Shown: piece after piece, positions 1 to 11,967 of the stretch
Layout of the letters: the number at the start of each line of letters is the position of its first letter
Position numbering within the stretch: position 1 is the stretch's first letter
DNA from: Camelus ferus
Lineage: Eukaryota
NCBI RefSeq assembly: GCF_009834535.1
Contig: NC_045697.1
Coordinates: 65,846,001-65,910,000 of the forward strand
DNA length: 64,000 nt
Direction of reading: 5' to 3'
The notes under the pieces: generated by a model
Database searches by the model: none
What the model saw: the letters and a program-made list of their open reading frames with translations, nothing else
What the model was told of the DNA's origin: nothing
Program-made: the position numbers and the translations under genes

Positions 1-1109
1 TGGCGGAATATGCAGCCATGATTACAGTGATCATTTAAATTCATTCATTGATCTCTCCTCTGTTTCAGTTTTCTTCATTTTCTTAAGCAAATAAAACCAT
101 TTGAAATTTCAAACAGTTTAGAGTTTGAGGCAATCGTGGGCTACTCAGACACACCAGTAATATTAAAATAAGAGCATATGATTCCCCTTTTGTTTCTGCA
201 ATGAATTGTCCAGACAGACGGACCTGAGAGAGAGCTCAAGCAAGAGAGAGAAAAACAGAAGTGACAAAGAAAAATCAAACATGTGTTACAATTCTGAATT
301 ATGATCATCCTGATCCAAGTTTTTTCTCTTTAAAATCAGCCCTTTCTCAAATATATCAGTCAAAGTTACTATTTGATTTTTCTGTGGTTGATTTTTTTCC
401 TTTTTGCATAACTTGTATGTGATTAGCATTTAAACCACCACAGAGTGTAAACACAACAATGGAAAAAGCAGACAGAAGACTTTCCTAAAGATTAAAAATG
501 AAGGCAACATAAAACACTAACCTACCACGTTGCATCCAGTCCCCAGGTGTTGGGTGTGATGTTCCCGGGCAAACAGTCCCTAAAGCCTCACTGAGGTGGT
601 CTATGTGAACAGGAAGAAAAGCACATCACAGCCTCGGTATGGCCCTCAGAATACTGCAGGTCAAATAACTCACTCTGACTGCAGCCTTTATAAGCCTGAA
701 GGGCAAGCTTGTGCACCACGATGCCCCTGGGCATGAAGGCATCCTTAGCAGCAGCGACTCGCCTTCAGGTCACATTTCAGGTGTGTCCCCACTAGGCATT
801 TCCTGGCAAGGTGTCCTGTCCTCACAGAGGGAAGTCCTCTTCACATGACTGATGGGGCCATGTTTCAAACAATACACTAATAGACCATTTGGAAAACTGC
901 CCATTTATTAAATCAAGATCCAAGCTGTTGGAAACATGTAGCTCTTTTCCAATGATATATTTCACCATCATCTTAAAATTCAGATATCCCAGTCCCATCT
1001 CTTTTCTTCTAATGTTTCTATCTGTCAAAAGAACAAACATCCATCTCTTCTCCAGAGGTGACTGGGGCTGAGAACATAATCTCTGCGGCAGGACGGACCT
1101 CGTTCTGCT

Positions 1110-1310
1110 CCTGACTCTGCTCCTTACTAACAGTGTGACTTTGAACAAATGCCTAAACCTGTCTGATCTATTTCCTTCTTGGTAGAACGGAGATGGTAAT
1201 AGTTTCCATCTCATAGAATTGCTGTAGGTGATAAATGAGATTGAAGTAGAGACTAAACTAACGTGCCTGGTAGAACCTATAATAATCATCCAATAAATGT
1301 TGCTATTGTG
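1110..1310 (+). mobile_element. MIR SINE remnant
   Basis: MIR core-like text (tactaacagtgtgactttgaacaaatgcctaaacct...catctcatagaattgctgtaggtgataaatgag...caataaatgttgctatt). Boundaries approximate. Confidence 0.7.
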
Positions 1311-2126
1311 AGACTTAAAAAATAACCTTTCACTTATACTTCTTGCTCCTTCTGGTCAGCCAGCTTCAGAGACCTACCCTCTTGGCATTTGTGCCTTTTC
1401 CCCTTACATTTTTAGAGCTTTTGTTCTAGACCCTTACCTCCTTGTAACTAGACTGCTTTAACAATCATTTCAATGGATCCCCTGGTCCAGTTTTACTTCA
1501 ATCCAACCTGTATATTGCTGACAACTTGATTTATCATAAATAATGTTTTCTGCCCACTTCTGTTAAAAATCTTTGTTGATTTCCTCTTTCCTAATCCTCT
1601 GCCTGGTTTTCAAGAGCCCACTACACATTCCAATTCTGCTCATTATTCCCTGATGCAACATTTAGTTCTGTGTAGACAATTTTCTGCCATCTAATGTTTT
1701 CATTGATTCCCTCACATATTCAAAAAAGATTTTATGGGGAGCCTACCATGGATCCAATGCTAAGGATAAAAAGATATTAGTTTCCAAGGACAGGAATATA
1801 AATAAAATATTCTCCCTGCCATCAATTAGATTATCAAAGACAACAAACAATTAAGCAACTCATTATAATATACCAGGTAAGAACTCTAAAGTATAGAAGA
1901 ATTAGGAAAAAAAACACCTTAACTGCTATATAGCATTCCGTCCTTGGGTGGGAAAGCCTCAAGATATATTAGAATTAAATGATTACAGTGTAACAAAGTA
2001 TCATTTGCCGCACTACTTCATGCTTCTAGGAGCCATAGGGCCCTGCAAGTTTATGTATTCTTGCCTTCAAGTAAAATTGCCCTCAACCTGTCAAAATGCT
2101 AACTATCCCCCAAAACCGGTCTCACC

Positions 2127-2178
2127 TCCTCCACGATTTCTTCCTCCACGATTTCTTCCTCCACAATTTCTTCCTCCA
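2127..2178. repeat. 15-bp minisatellite (CCTCCACGATTTCTT x ~3.4)
   Basis: Units start at 2128, 2143 and 2158 (one G>A), with a partial unit at 2173. Confidence 0.95.
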
Positions 2179-4714
2179 TTATTGCGATACTTGAGCTTCC
2201 TCCCTGGAAGTGTTCTATCTACTAGCCTGCATCATTCAACTTAGCACTTGGTTGTATGGCATCTCCAAGTGTTTGATACTGTTTTGTGTGTCACAGACTC
2301 ATCTCCCTAACCAAATTCTGAGCCTATTAAGGGCAGAATTCGTGTTTGATGCACGTACATTTCCTGTTTTCCAAAGAACCCAACTTCATTCTAAGACAAC
2401 TGTAGTAACAAATAATTAGTAAGTGACTAATTAATTTCCTTTTGATGGGGAAAATGTGTCTTTTAAAAATGAGTATTCTGTTTTACATTTTCACTAAAAT
2501 GTGTTCTGTGCAGCACCAGTTCTACAAAATGCTGATAAAAATTCTCAAATACTTAGCTCCATGTAGCAATGTTGGGGACATACTGAGTTAAACATCATTG
2601 AATAAGATTATTTACTACAAGACTTTCTACAGACTGTAAAATTTGTATAATTTAAGTCTTCAAAAGAGGTAGATATTATGCAGTGTTCCCAAATCTGCTT
2701 AATGACAAAACCCATTTCATGGAATTAGTGTTCACAGAGTTCACTTTGGGAAATGTCTTCTAAAGTGTTTGGAGCTGATTTCCATTTGCCCATTTGCATT
2801 GCTGAAATAACCTGGTCATTTAATTCAATTAACTGGTAAGTGTTATCAATCCACTAACAGCTTTTAGAAACACTTGGGCTTCTCTAAATTCTATAACATT
2901 AGCAAAGATTTTGATAAACCAAAAAGTCGGGACATAGAGTGAAGGATCACACTGATCCTTAATGCTGGCCAAAGTTAAGCTTCACAATCTGTGCCTAGGT
3001 CTCCTGCTGTTGATCTAGATTTTTAAGATTATGTTATTTAATGGCTAAATTGTGACATCTACCCCTTGGGTTTTGAGAGAGAAGGAAGTTCCTTATTTAC
3101 GAGCACATACTTACAAGGGTAGGTTAAAATGCATTTAACAATACCAATTTAATTAAAGGTTACAACTTTAATAGGATTTCTCTATTTGTCATTAATTATT
3201 AGTGTTTTAAAGCTTATGCATGTTGTGAAACTAACAATTAGAAGTCAAGGTCAGAGACTCAATACCTGAGCAGACAGGCTCCAGGGTATTGCATGTGACA
3301 GTGTAGCAAGACCAGTCTGACTCTGCTGACTCTCCACTTGAGGGTGACAGTGAGTTTATTTTCTGGTGAAGATACCCAAGGCCTTATCTAGTGTAACTAC
3401 TGGTGTGCCCTCATCCAGATCTGGCTGGACTCCCAGGCCCTTCCTAAAACAGATTCTACTGAACCAGCAGGCAATATACTCTGCTTTCTTATGGCTGCCT
3501 GAGGTCCAGAAAAGCTATGATGCCCTACATGGGAGGTTTGCAATGGCTGTCATCATGCTCCATTTTGTTACCAATGGACCTTTAAAATGGAGTCAATGTC
3601 TTACAAGTAGTGGCAGGACAGTAGAAAGTCAAACTTTATCTGAAATCCACCTTGATGAGACCTTATGCTTTATTTTCCCACAGGCTTCATCCCTGCAGAA
3701 TGAAACTATGACATCTGAAAGAAGGAACACTTGGCCATTAAGGCCATGTTTGAAATTTGGCCCCAGTACCTGGAGAAGCCAGGCATCCAGTCATGGCCTG
3801 CACCAGTCATCACAACTGGGAGGACCTCTGGATGACCCATAGCCTCCAGCAACACCAGAGCCACTGATCTCTTTCCCACCTATTGGTTTCAGGAGCCACT
3901 CGATCCTGAGTGCCCAAAACTGGTGAGCTGATGTATCATATCCTAAGTTAAGAATTCTTAGTCAGTTCAAGACAGTTGAACTCACCAGGCTGTGACACCC
4001 AAAAATCTTTGCTGTAGTCCACTCGTAGAAGGCAGCAATGGGACTGCTGCTTTCAGCCACAGGTCGTGGATCCTCCCGGGGTCTTGGAGGGATGCATTCC
4101 ATGCAGTGGACTTCCTCCCTGTGTGTCCTTGTCAGGAGCACTCACGCTGAGGTCCAAGCCTGATCCGCGGCAGCTTGGTCCTCCAGCTTCCACCTGTTCA
4201 AGGTTCAACACAGTCTCAACTGTGGGTCAGAAGACGTGGAGGACCAAGGAGAGTGTGCCTTGGCAGAATTGAACCAGAAAAAGACAGAGGCCTCTCCCCA
4301 CCTTTATTGGGCCACTGGTGATTGTGATTAACCATCTTTGGAGAATTTGATCACAGAGCTCCCTCCATATTACTAAAACAATGTTATCTGCATATTTACC
4401 AAAATGATCCACCATGACAAGAGACTTGCCTTTATCCCAAGTGGCCATCAAAACCCTACATTCTGCATGGATTCCTGACCAACGTAGCGCTACCAGTTTG
4501 AATCCACATCTAGTAAATTTGTCATCATAGACAAAGATCACTTGGATCACGAGATTACACCCTGGAACAGCAGTGCCTGTGTACACTACCCACCCTCAAA
4601 ATAACTGAGCTTTCCCTATATCCAGTTCCACATTCATCTGTAATACCTCTTCCATGCCAATCCATCTCTTACAAGTACAATATGGAAGCATCCCATGAAA
4701 CACCCTAGTCCCCC

Positions 4715-4880
4715 ATGAATTCAACCCATTTTTATCAAGGACCTGTTATGTGCCCGGAACTGGAATAAGTTCCAAGAATACAATGATGAATATGTCACAG
4801 TGCTTGCTCCTAAGATGTTTACGTTCCAGTGGGGAAGTCAGACAATTAAACAGTATGACGATGCTACAGCAGTGTCATGG
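4715..4880 (-). mobile_element. L2 LINE 3' fragment inserted in the gypsy relic
   Basis: Antisense L2 3'-end-like text (ttcaacccatttttatcaaggacctgttatgtgccc...tcctaagatgtttacgttccagtggggaagtcagacaattaaaca). Confidence 0.55.
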
Positions 4881-5159
4881 TGGCCATGAGAATTCCCTCA
4901 TCTCTGTTCTTTGACCACCCAGGAAGCTCCTAGTTGCCCAGGCTGACTCAGATGATCTAATATGCCAAAGCAACCCACAAGATTCAAGCCAACAAGCAGC
5001 AGCCCCTAGGGGAGCCCCTGGAAGTGGTGATCCTATGGATGCTGGTTTCTAATGTATTCTTTCTAAACCACCTGACTTTTCAACAAGTTAGGTGCTCACT
5101 TACTAAGCGCCTTCCCCATTGTGTCATCAGACTGGTAGCCCTCAGGTTGTAGCTGCTCA

Positions 5160-5372
5160 TAGGTGGAATCAAGCTGCGAAGTTGGAAGACGTGGCTTCGA
5201 GTTTGGGTCCTGGCACTTACCATGACTGTGGGCAAATTACTTAAGCTCTCTAGTCTCTGGTGTCTTTCTTTGCAAAATGAAATTGAAAACATTATATACT
5301 ATGCCTACCTCACAGGGTTGTTGTGAGACTCAAGTGAAAATGTATGTGAAAGCACTTTGTAACTTTGTTATT
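5160..5372 (+). mobile_element. MIR SINE inserted in the gypsy integrase C-terminal region
   Basis: MIR core (gactgtgggcaaattacttaagctctct...cctacctcacagggttgttgtgagactcaagtgaaaatgtatgtgaaagcactttgtaa). Gypsy motifs resume on both sides. Confidence 0.8.
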
Positions 5373-7429
5373 TTTAATCACCCCATTGTCCATGGGTTCT
5401 TCCTGCTCCCTACCAGATATAATATAATTTATTTAATGTACTCTTACCCGCCTCACACAAGTGAATGGTACAAAGAAGATAAAGTCCATGCCCTCCTGGA
5501 TATCTGGTTTCAGTGTAAGAATTCTGATGCCTCCCAAGGTGACAAGGATATAATCCAGAAGGTCAATGCCAGGGCTCTACTGCCACATAGACATCCCACC
5601 GTTAACGCACCACTAGACCTGGACACCAGTCAGCCCTCTCGATGGAAGGCTCTCCCCATGGCCCATAGCAGAGACCCCACTCTCAGTCCCAGAGAACCAA
5701 CCAGACAGCAATGAGACAGGAAATCACCTGGGATCTGGCTGCCAAAGGAAACACCAGGCACTCCAATGGAGAGCGTACCTCCTAAGACAGAGTGAGAAGG
5801 CTTGGCTAAAGGACATACTGACCCAGTTAAACAAAACATAAGGCCACCCCTGACTGCCTGACTATTATAGTTGGGCTAGCAAAGGAAAATTTTAGACATT
5901 CATTTAAAGCAAAGATTTGGTGACACATTCCTTCTCTAAGCACATTTTATCCCTGAGACCAACCTGGCTCTTACCTCTCTGATTTTGACTTGTCTACTCC
6001 TTGTCTGTGTAACAGACCTGTGGTAAGGTGCATTCCTGGCTTACAAGTCTCTTACGTCCCCCTGACACACACACCCCAGGGAAGAATCCACCCGAATTTC
6101 CCATCGTACTCACGTGGCCACGCCCTAGCCTGGCCTTCCATTTCTGGTAATTACAATGGATTTTGGACTGGCTGATCTAATGTGTGTTCAGTCTCACTGG
6201 AGTGGTGAGAACAGTGAGCAACCCTGGGTTGAAATGCCGATTCTGTTTCAGTCCTGAATAGATGTTTGAACAGAGTGGCTATGGCGCCACTGATGCCCAG
6301 CAATCCTTTAAGGAGGAAAAAAAAAAGATTTTGTCTTTCTACACAGAATATACCAGCTTCTTCAGAACTTAAGAACATATCAGCATGCACCTCCAGGAAC
6401 AGCATAAGGTTTCTATAAAAGATCTCTCGAGTGAAGGGAATGATGACTATATACCAAAAGAGCTGGTAGGACTGGCGTCCTGGAAGCTCTGGAGTGGGAT
6501 CTTACTCTAAAATAGAAAATTGCTACTATAACCCATTCCTCATGTTCCCAGGGTGAGGAAAGAGGATGTAAGAAAAAATACTGACTTAATGTTTATAACA
6601 GTTTCCAAAATATTTTTAAATGGCATGGAAAATAATTCACAGTCTCTCCCTTGCTACATATCAAAAGAACTGAATTGAATATACCAACTCAGTGAACTGA
6701 GAAATTCATAAGTGTTTTCTTCAGGTATAACTTTAAATTTTTATTCTAAGACTTAAAAAAAAAATAAAAAAACAACTAAAACAGTGTCTTAGAGTTTAGA
6801 ATCACCACTTGCTGTGGGAAGGGAGCCAGAGAGACTCAAGAGTCCCAGCCACCCAAGGTCAGAGGCATTGAGCCAAAGGACTCAGCAAAGAGCAGGTCTG
6901 CGCCAGGAAGAAAAGCTGTTGCTGAAATGACCTGACCAGGCATATGAAATAAGATGATCTTCAGGTCATGCTAACTGAGAAAGAAGAATAGACTGATCCA
7001 AATTGGGAAGCAGATTAAGACGTTGGAGTAGATATCAGGACAAATACAACTGGGCAGGAAAGGGAGTCACCCCCAGCCACACGATGTTTGTCTTACAGCA
7101 GTCTTTCTTGTGAGTTGCAATATTACACCCTAGCTTCTTTTTCAGAAGTGAAAGCCCCAGTATCTCCGACGTCACTCACACAGCCAGCCCCCAATAGAAA
7201 GCTCTTCCTGACCTACAGACGCACCTTTTACGATCTTACTTGATATAATTTTCTTTTGCAGACATTTTTAATTTTTAATAAATCTTTGATAAATTATTTC
7301 ATCAATAAAAATTTGTCAGTAAATAATTTCCCTAGTTGAATTCTAACTCCTCCTTTGGTGATTAACAATTGGTAATAAAAATAAATGACTTTAATTAAGA
7401 GTTTGCCTGCCCTTGCACTCCCAAGGCTC

Positions 7430-8090
7430 TACGAAATGGGAAGGATAGCCCCCTTACAGATTACACGTGCATGAACTAGAAACAATGATGGACAAATACA
7501 AGGCCAGGTAGCCAAGGGGATGTCTGATGGTGACACACGGTGAGCGTTCCAGTTAACCTTAACCTGCAGATTGTACCTCTGTCAGAGGCGATCCGCTCTC
7601 TCACTGCCACATCAAGATGCAGACACTGTGGGACACAGTGAGTGAGACAGACACACAGAGTAGAAAAGAATAATGCAGGTGGACTTCTTGCAGAAAGAGG
7701 TAAATCTGAATGCAGAGACCAGCCTCTCCCCATAGCTGGCAGAAATGCCAGGCTTTTCAGAAAATCGCACACTAGAAGTTCCAGTAGCAGATGGAACCTG
7801 TGCCAGTAGACACAATGGTGGGGAGAGAGTGGGGAAGTTTCTGTAATTAAAGACTGAACCCTGAACACTTTCAAATAGGCTAAGAACTCTACTATTGGCA
7901 AAAGGATGGATTTTTTTTTTTTCCCAAAAGAATTGTTCTTACTGGATCTGGTAAGGCATGAATACGTGTGGGAAATAAAGGAAGTCAGTGGCTTACAGCC
8001 GTTGAGTTAAGACTGAAGAAGGTAATCTGAATGGCACCAAGAGAGAGACCACAAGCCCCCTAGCAGGGGACTGGAGGTTACCACAGAGGA
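7430..8090 (+). mobile_element. Possible very old LTR remnant(s), family uncertain
   Basis: LTR-like composition, AATAAA near 7974, and segments ending in ...ttaca and ...gttaccaca. Weak by-eye similarity only. Confidence 0.25.
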
Positions 8091-8639
8091 GTATGCTGTG
8101 TGTCCTTTCCAACACGCTGTATATATAGTTACACTTAAACTATACATTGCAATTGGCTGTTATCTTTTGTGTGAGTTCAGTTCTTCTCTATTGAATCTTT
8201 TCATGGTATTTTTTAAGTCCAGAATTTGTAAAGAACTATTCAAATTTAACAGAGTGCCTGTTAATACCTGAACCAGGTACTGATAGTTAGCATCAATATT
8301 CTAGAGTGACCTAGATTCTAATTACTTAATAAAATTTATTTCAAACAGAATGTATACAAACCACACCAGGAAGATGTAATACCATCTCCGTCACAACAGC
8401 CCCTAGGGTAAGTATAATCCCAAGTTTCCCGTCTTCCCCAAACAAAACTAAATTTCTGTAAACTGAAAATCTACACAGAGAGTACTGTTTTTTTAACTAG
8501 ATCAAAACTTGGCAGCAACTAAGCCATTCTTTGAAGGAACTAGTAAAGTTAAACTCCTTGAAGGCATCCATTCTTTCACTTTCCGTAGATCGAGCGCCAT
8601 CCATATTCGAGACACCGAGTTAAGCAGTGGAAATCACAT

Positions 8640-9130
8640 GGTGAGAAAAATCCTGGAGTTCACACTCCAGGATTAGAGAAAGACATTAAGCAAATAATTA
8701 TATCAATGAATGTGTAATTACCAACTGAGATTAATTCCCTGAAGAAAAGGAATGAGATACAATGAGAGAGTATGACAAAGACATCTGACCTAGTTTAGAA
8801 GGTTTACTGGAAGTAAAAGGCTTGTGCTGAAGTGAGAAGGATGAGTAGAAGCTGGGAGAGTAGGGGTGGGGAGGATGGAACATAACAGGCAGAGAGGCCA
8901 GCAAGCATCCTTCAGTGAGAGAAAGCAGAGCTCACCTGAGAACTAAAAGCCAATGTGGCTGAATGAACTGAAAACAAGTCCAGGGGGCTGGAGACCTGAA
9001 CCCAAATGTAAAGAGGTGGGGGGAGAGAAACAGAGCTGGGTAGGAACCACCCTAGGCAGTGTCTTAGAAGCCACACTAAGGAACTTGGTCTTCAGCCTGA
9101 GAGAACCTAGAAGCCCTTGTAGGTTCTGGC
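8640..9130 (-). mobile_element. L2 LINE fragment
   Basis: Purine-rich antisense L2-like text (agaaagacattaagcaaataatta...gaaggatgagtagaagct...aggaacttggtcttcagcctga). Confidence 0.5.
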
Positions 9131-11967
9131 AAGAGTCAGTTAAAAGTCTTGTTTGCCATGTTGTGTCGTGCTGTGCACAGAGAGTGCTCAATGTATATGC
9201 ATTGAATAAATTCAGGAAAGTTTTTCCTCACAAGATATTCCAGAGAACTGTTATTATGTTCTCCTAAATTGAACTGATTATCAGAATCATTACTCAGAAA
9301 CTTCTGCTTAAAGAGGCTGTCTGAGATTTCTGTTCAAGGGGTGCAAGAGCGTCATTGTGGCAGCCTTATCGTGTGCCTAGTGCATCCAGGGAGACTGTCT
9401 TTAAAACAGATGCAAAAACAGACTGTCACAGTAACAGTCATAGAGATGAAAATATTTTGGAAACTTCCATGAGAGTAAATGCAGGAGTCATTACTATTTA
9501 CTACTCTGTAAGGGGCAGGAACTCGATTTAGAATGAAAAGAGGTCCTGATAAAGGAGCCTCAGAAATATAGAGGTGCCCTGATCTGTATGCGCACCAAGA
9601 GCACAGTAGGTTGCCGGCTCCCCTCCACCAGCCCTCCCCCCCACCCCGCCTTCAGAGATTCCTGTGCCTCCAGCAACTTCACGTCTGGGAACTAGGGCAG
9701 GGGTTGTCTTCTCCTTGGCTCTCCTTGCAGACTGAGGGATAGGCTTTCTCAGCGATCACTTGTCCATCTGTTTTCATTTTGTAAAATTGGTTGACACCTT
9801 TTTTTAATGTTTCTTGAGCCATTCTCTTTGTCCTGTGGGTTTATGCCTTTTATGTCCTTTTTCTGTCATATTAATGATGTTTGAGGAGGGCATCTGTATG
9901 TTCGATCTGAAACAATTAACTGGAACCTTCTTATTATTCTAATTTGCGTTTCCTGGTTGAAGATGTTTTCATCTTTATGGACCATGGTAGAAAAACAGCC
10001 TTCATGAATTGCCTGTTCTTATCTTTTGGCTGTTTTTCTATCAGGAACTAGTCATTTTCTTATCAAGTTTAGTAGTTCCTTTTTATATTCTGCCTATTAA
10101 CTCATTGTGTGTAAAATGTCTTGCAAATATTTTTTCCAATTTGTCATTTACTTTAATGTTTTTTGTACATGAAAAATATTCTTTCCTTTTTTATGTATGA
10201 TAGTTTGTGGAACTCTTTTATTATTAAAAATTATTATTAATTTAACATTTTAAATTATTTAATTGTTGAGTTATTAAATCTTCCAGTGGTTTTATGCATA
10301 GGATGTTCTTATTTATCCTGATGTCAGTAAAACACGTACATTATCTTCTAGATATGTTTATAATTTCACATTTTCATATTTAATGTTTAATTCACCTGGA
10401 ATTTATCTTGTCATGTAGTACAAGGAGAGATTTTGAAAATTAATTGAGAAATATAGCATGTACACCACCAAACAGGTAAAATATAGACATAAACTATGAG
10501 CAATTTAACATAATTTTAAAGCAAATACCCATCCTACCACAATGTGAATTCTTGTCTCAGGATCTACTTTTGGGAGAATCCAAAGTAAAATAATTCATCC
10601 TGGAAATGGTCCAGGAAGCATCTCCTCAGAGGGATTTCTGGAATTGGATCCCTCACTGGCGGGATGGCAGCAAAAGCTGCATTGCTCATGATAAGTGGGT
10701 TGCACGACCCCCGGCGAGCTGTAGGGGCGCTGTTGCTAGGAGTGTCACCTGTGCTGACTGGAGCAGGGTGCAGGAGAGGGAGGATGAGTTTCTGTAGCAT
10801 GTCTACCATTGGGGAGACAGGGTGTCTGCGGTTGCCATGAAAGACTGCAGATATGGCAGGTTAAGAACCACGGCATACCGCTGAAAGAAAATGGTGGGTT
10901 CAGATCAGCCAACCACCAAGGCAGGACACAACGTGAGATCTGGAAAACCTCTATGACACCCACATTTACTGCAGCCAGAGGGCAGTACAGGCTGACAATC
11001 AGGTCAGATTATGTGAGTAGCAGAATTGCAGAGAAGGCTTCCTACAGAGCCCTGGCACATTTGCCATGCGACACTTGAAGCCTTGAGACAGAAGAAGGGA
11101 GGAACTGAGGATGGGATGGAGACATATGGATCCCCATGCTCTGCTGGCCTCCCAAATCCCGAAGTGGCCCATTTCCTTTTGTTCAAGAACAGCCAAATCC
11201 TTTAGCCTGGAGAGCAGTCAAAGACCTCACATGAGTAAAACGACTCACAAGATAATACTTGCCTTCATCAAGATTTGCCTCACCTTTCTCATCATTTGTG
11301 GGCATAAAGCTAGGGTCAAAGCTCAGCATGGCCCACCTGGGGAAGTACTATTCTTATTTTGGAAGCAAAGGGACCATTCACCAGAAGTTCTTCAATGCCT
11401 AGGGGTACTCCCAGAACTCAAGATGTTATGTCCCAGGAGTCCAAATATCATGCTGGGCTGGACTTCTTAAACTTGGGAGAAGCATTGACCTACAGTAAAT
11501 GAGGTGGAAATGCCAAAACAGCTTTAGAAAAGTTTTAGGGAAGAGGGGAAAGGCTTAGAGAAGAGGACATGCTTGAATGGATTTAATGCTTAAGACCAGA
11601 GAATTCTTTAGCTGACAACGCTTCCCAGGAAGGCCAAAAAGAAATTCTCTTCTTTAAATCAGAAAGGGAAGTGCTAATGTGTGGAGGATGGCATTGTTGA
11701 GAAGATGCAGTGAAGCTGTCCTTTCCAAGCTGGGATGTAGAGTCAGGAAGTTTCCCACAGACAGAGCTCATGGCTCATGGCTGTCAACAAAATGACAGGA
11801 TTCTGGAAGAGTAGAGGCCAGGGGGTGTCACTTGACTGTCAAAGCCAAGGTGGATGTAATTATTATATTGGGAAGCAAAGCCAGAATGTAAACTGGGGAC
11901 CCTGACCCCAGGGGATCTGTGCCAATAGCTATAGACAACAGTGTTTCAAGGACACACAGATGGATAG

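Larger units (their letters stand above)
3330..5600 (+). mobile_element. Ancient Ty3/gypsy (chromovirus, Sushi-like) pol relic: RT connection, RNase H, integrase, GPY/F module, chromodomain
   Basis: Collinear degenerate motifs translated by hand on +: FLWLPEVQKSYDALHGRFAMAVIMLHF (from 3486), PAE*NYDI*KKEHLAIKAMFEIWPQYLE (3692-3775), NLITELPP..IFTKMIH (4344-4412), HPQNN* (4591-4608), KLGAHLLSAFPI (5085-5120), HPIVHGFFLLP (5379-5411), *QGYNPE (5540-5560). Many stops and frameshifts. Confidence 0.75.

Noticed and set aside
2127..2178. CRISPR-like or coding repeat (PPRFL x3)
   Set aside because: Head-to-tail 15-bp units without spacers in mammalian DNA; a simple slippage minisatellite.
4227..4586. 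Minus-strand ORF containing LVMVDHFGKYA, which looks like an integrase motif
   Set aside because: All collinear gypsy motifs run on the + strand, where the same bases read IFTKMIH. The minus-strand match is isolated and treated as coincidence.
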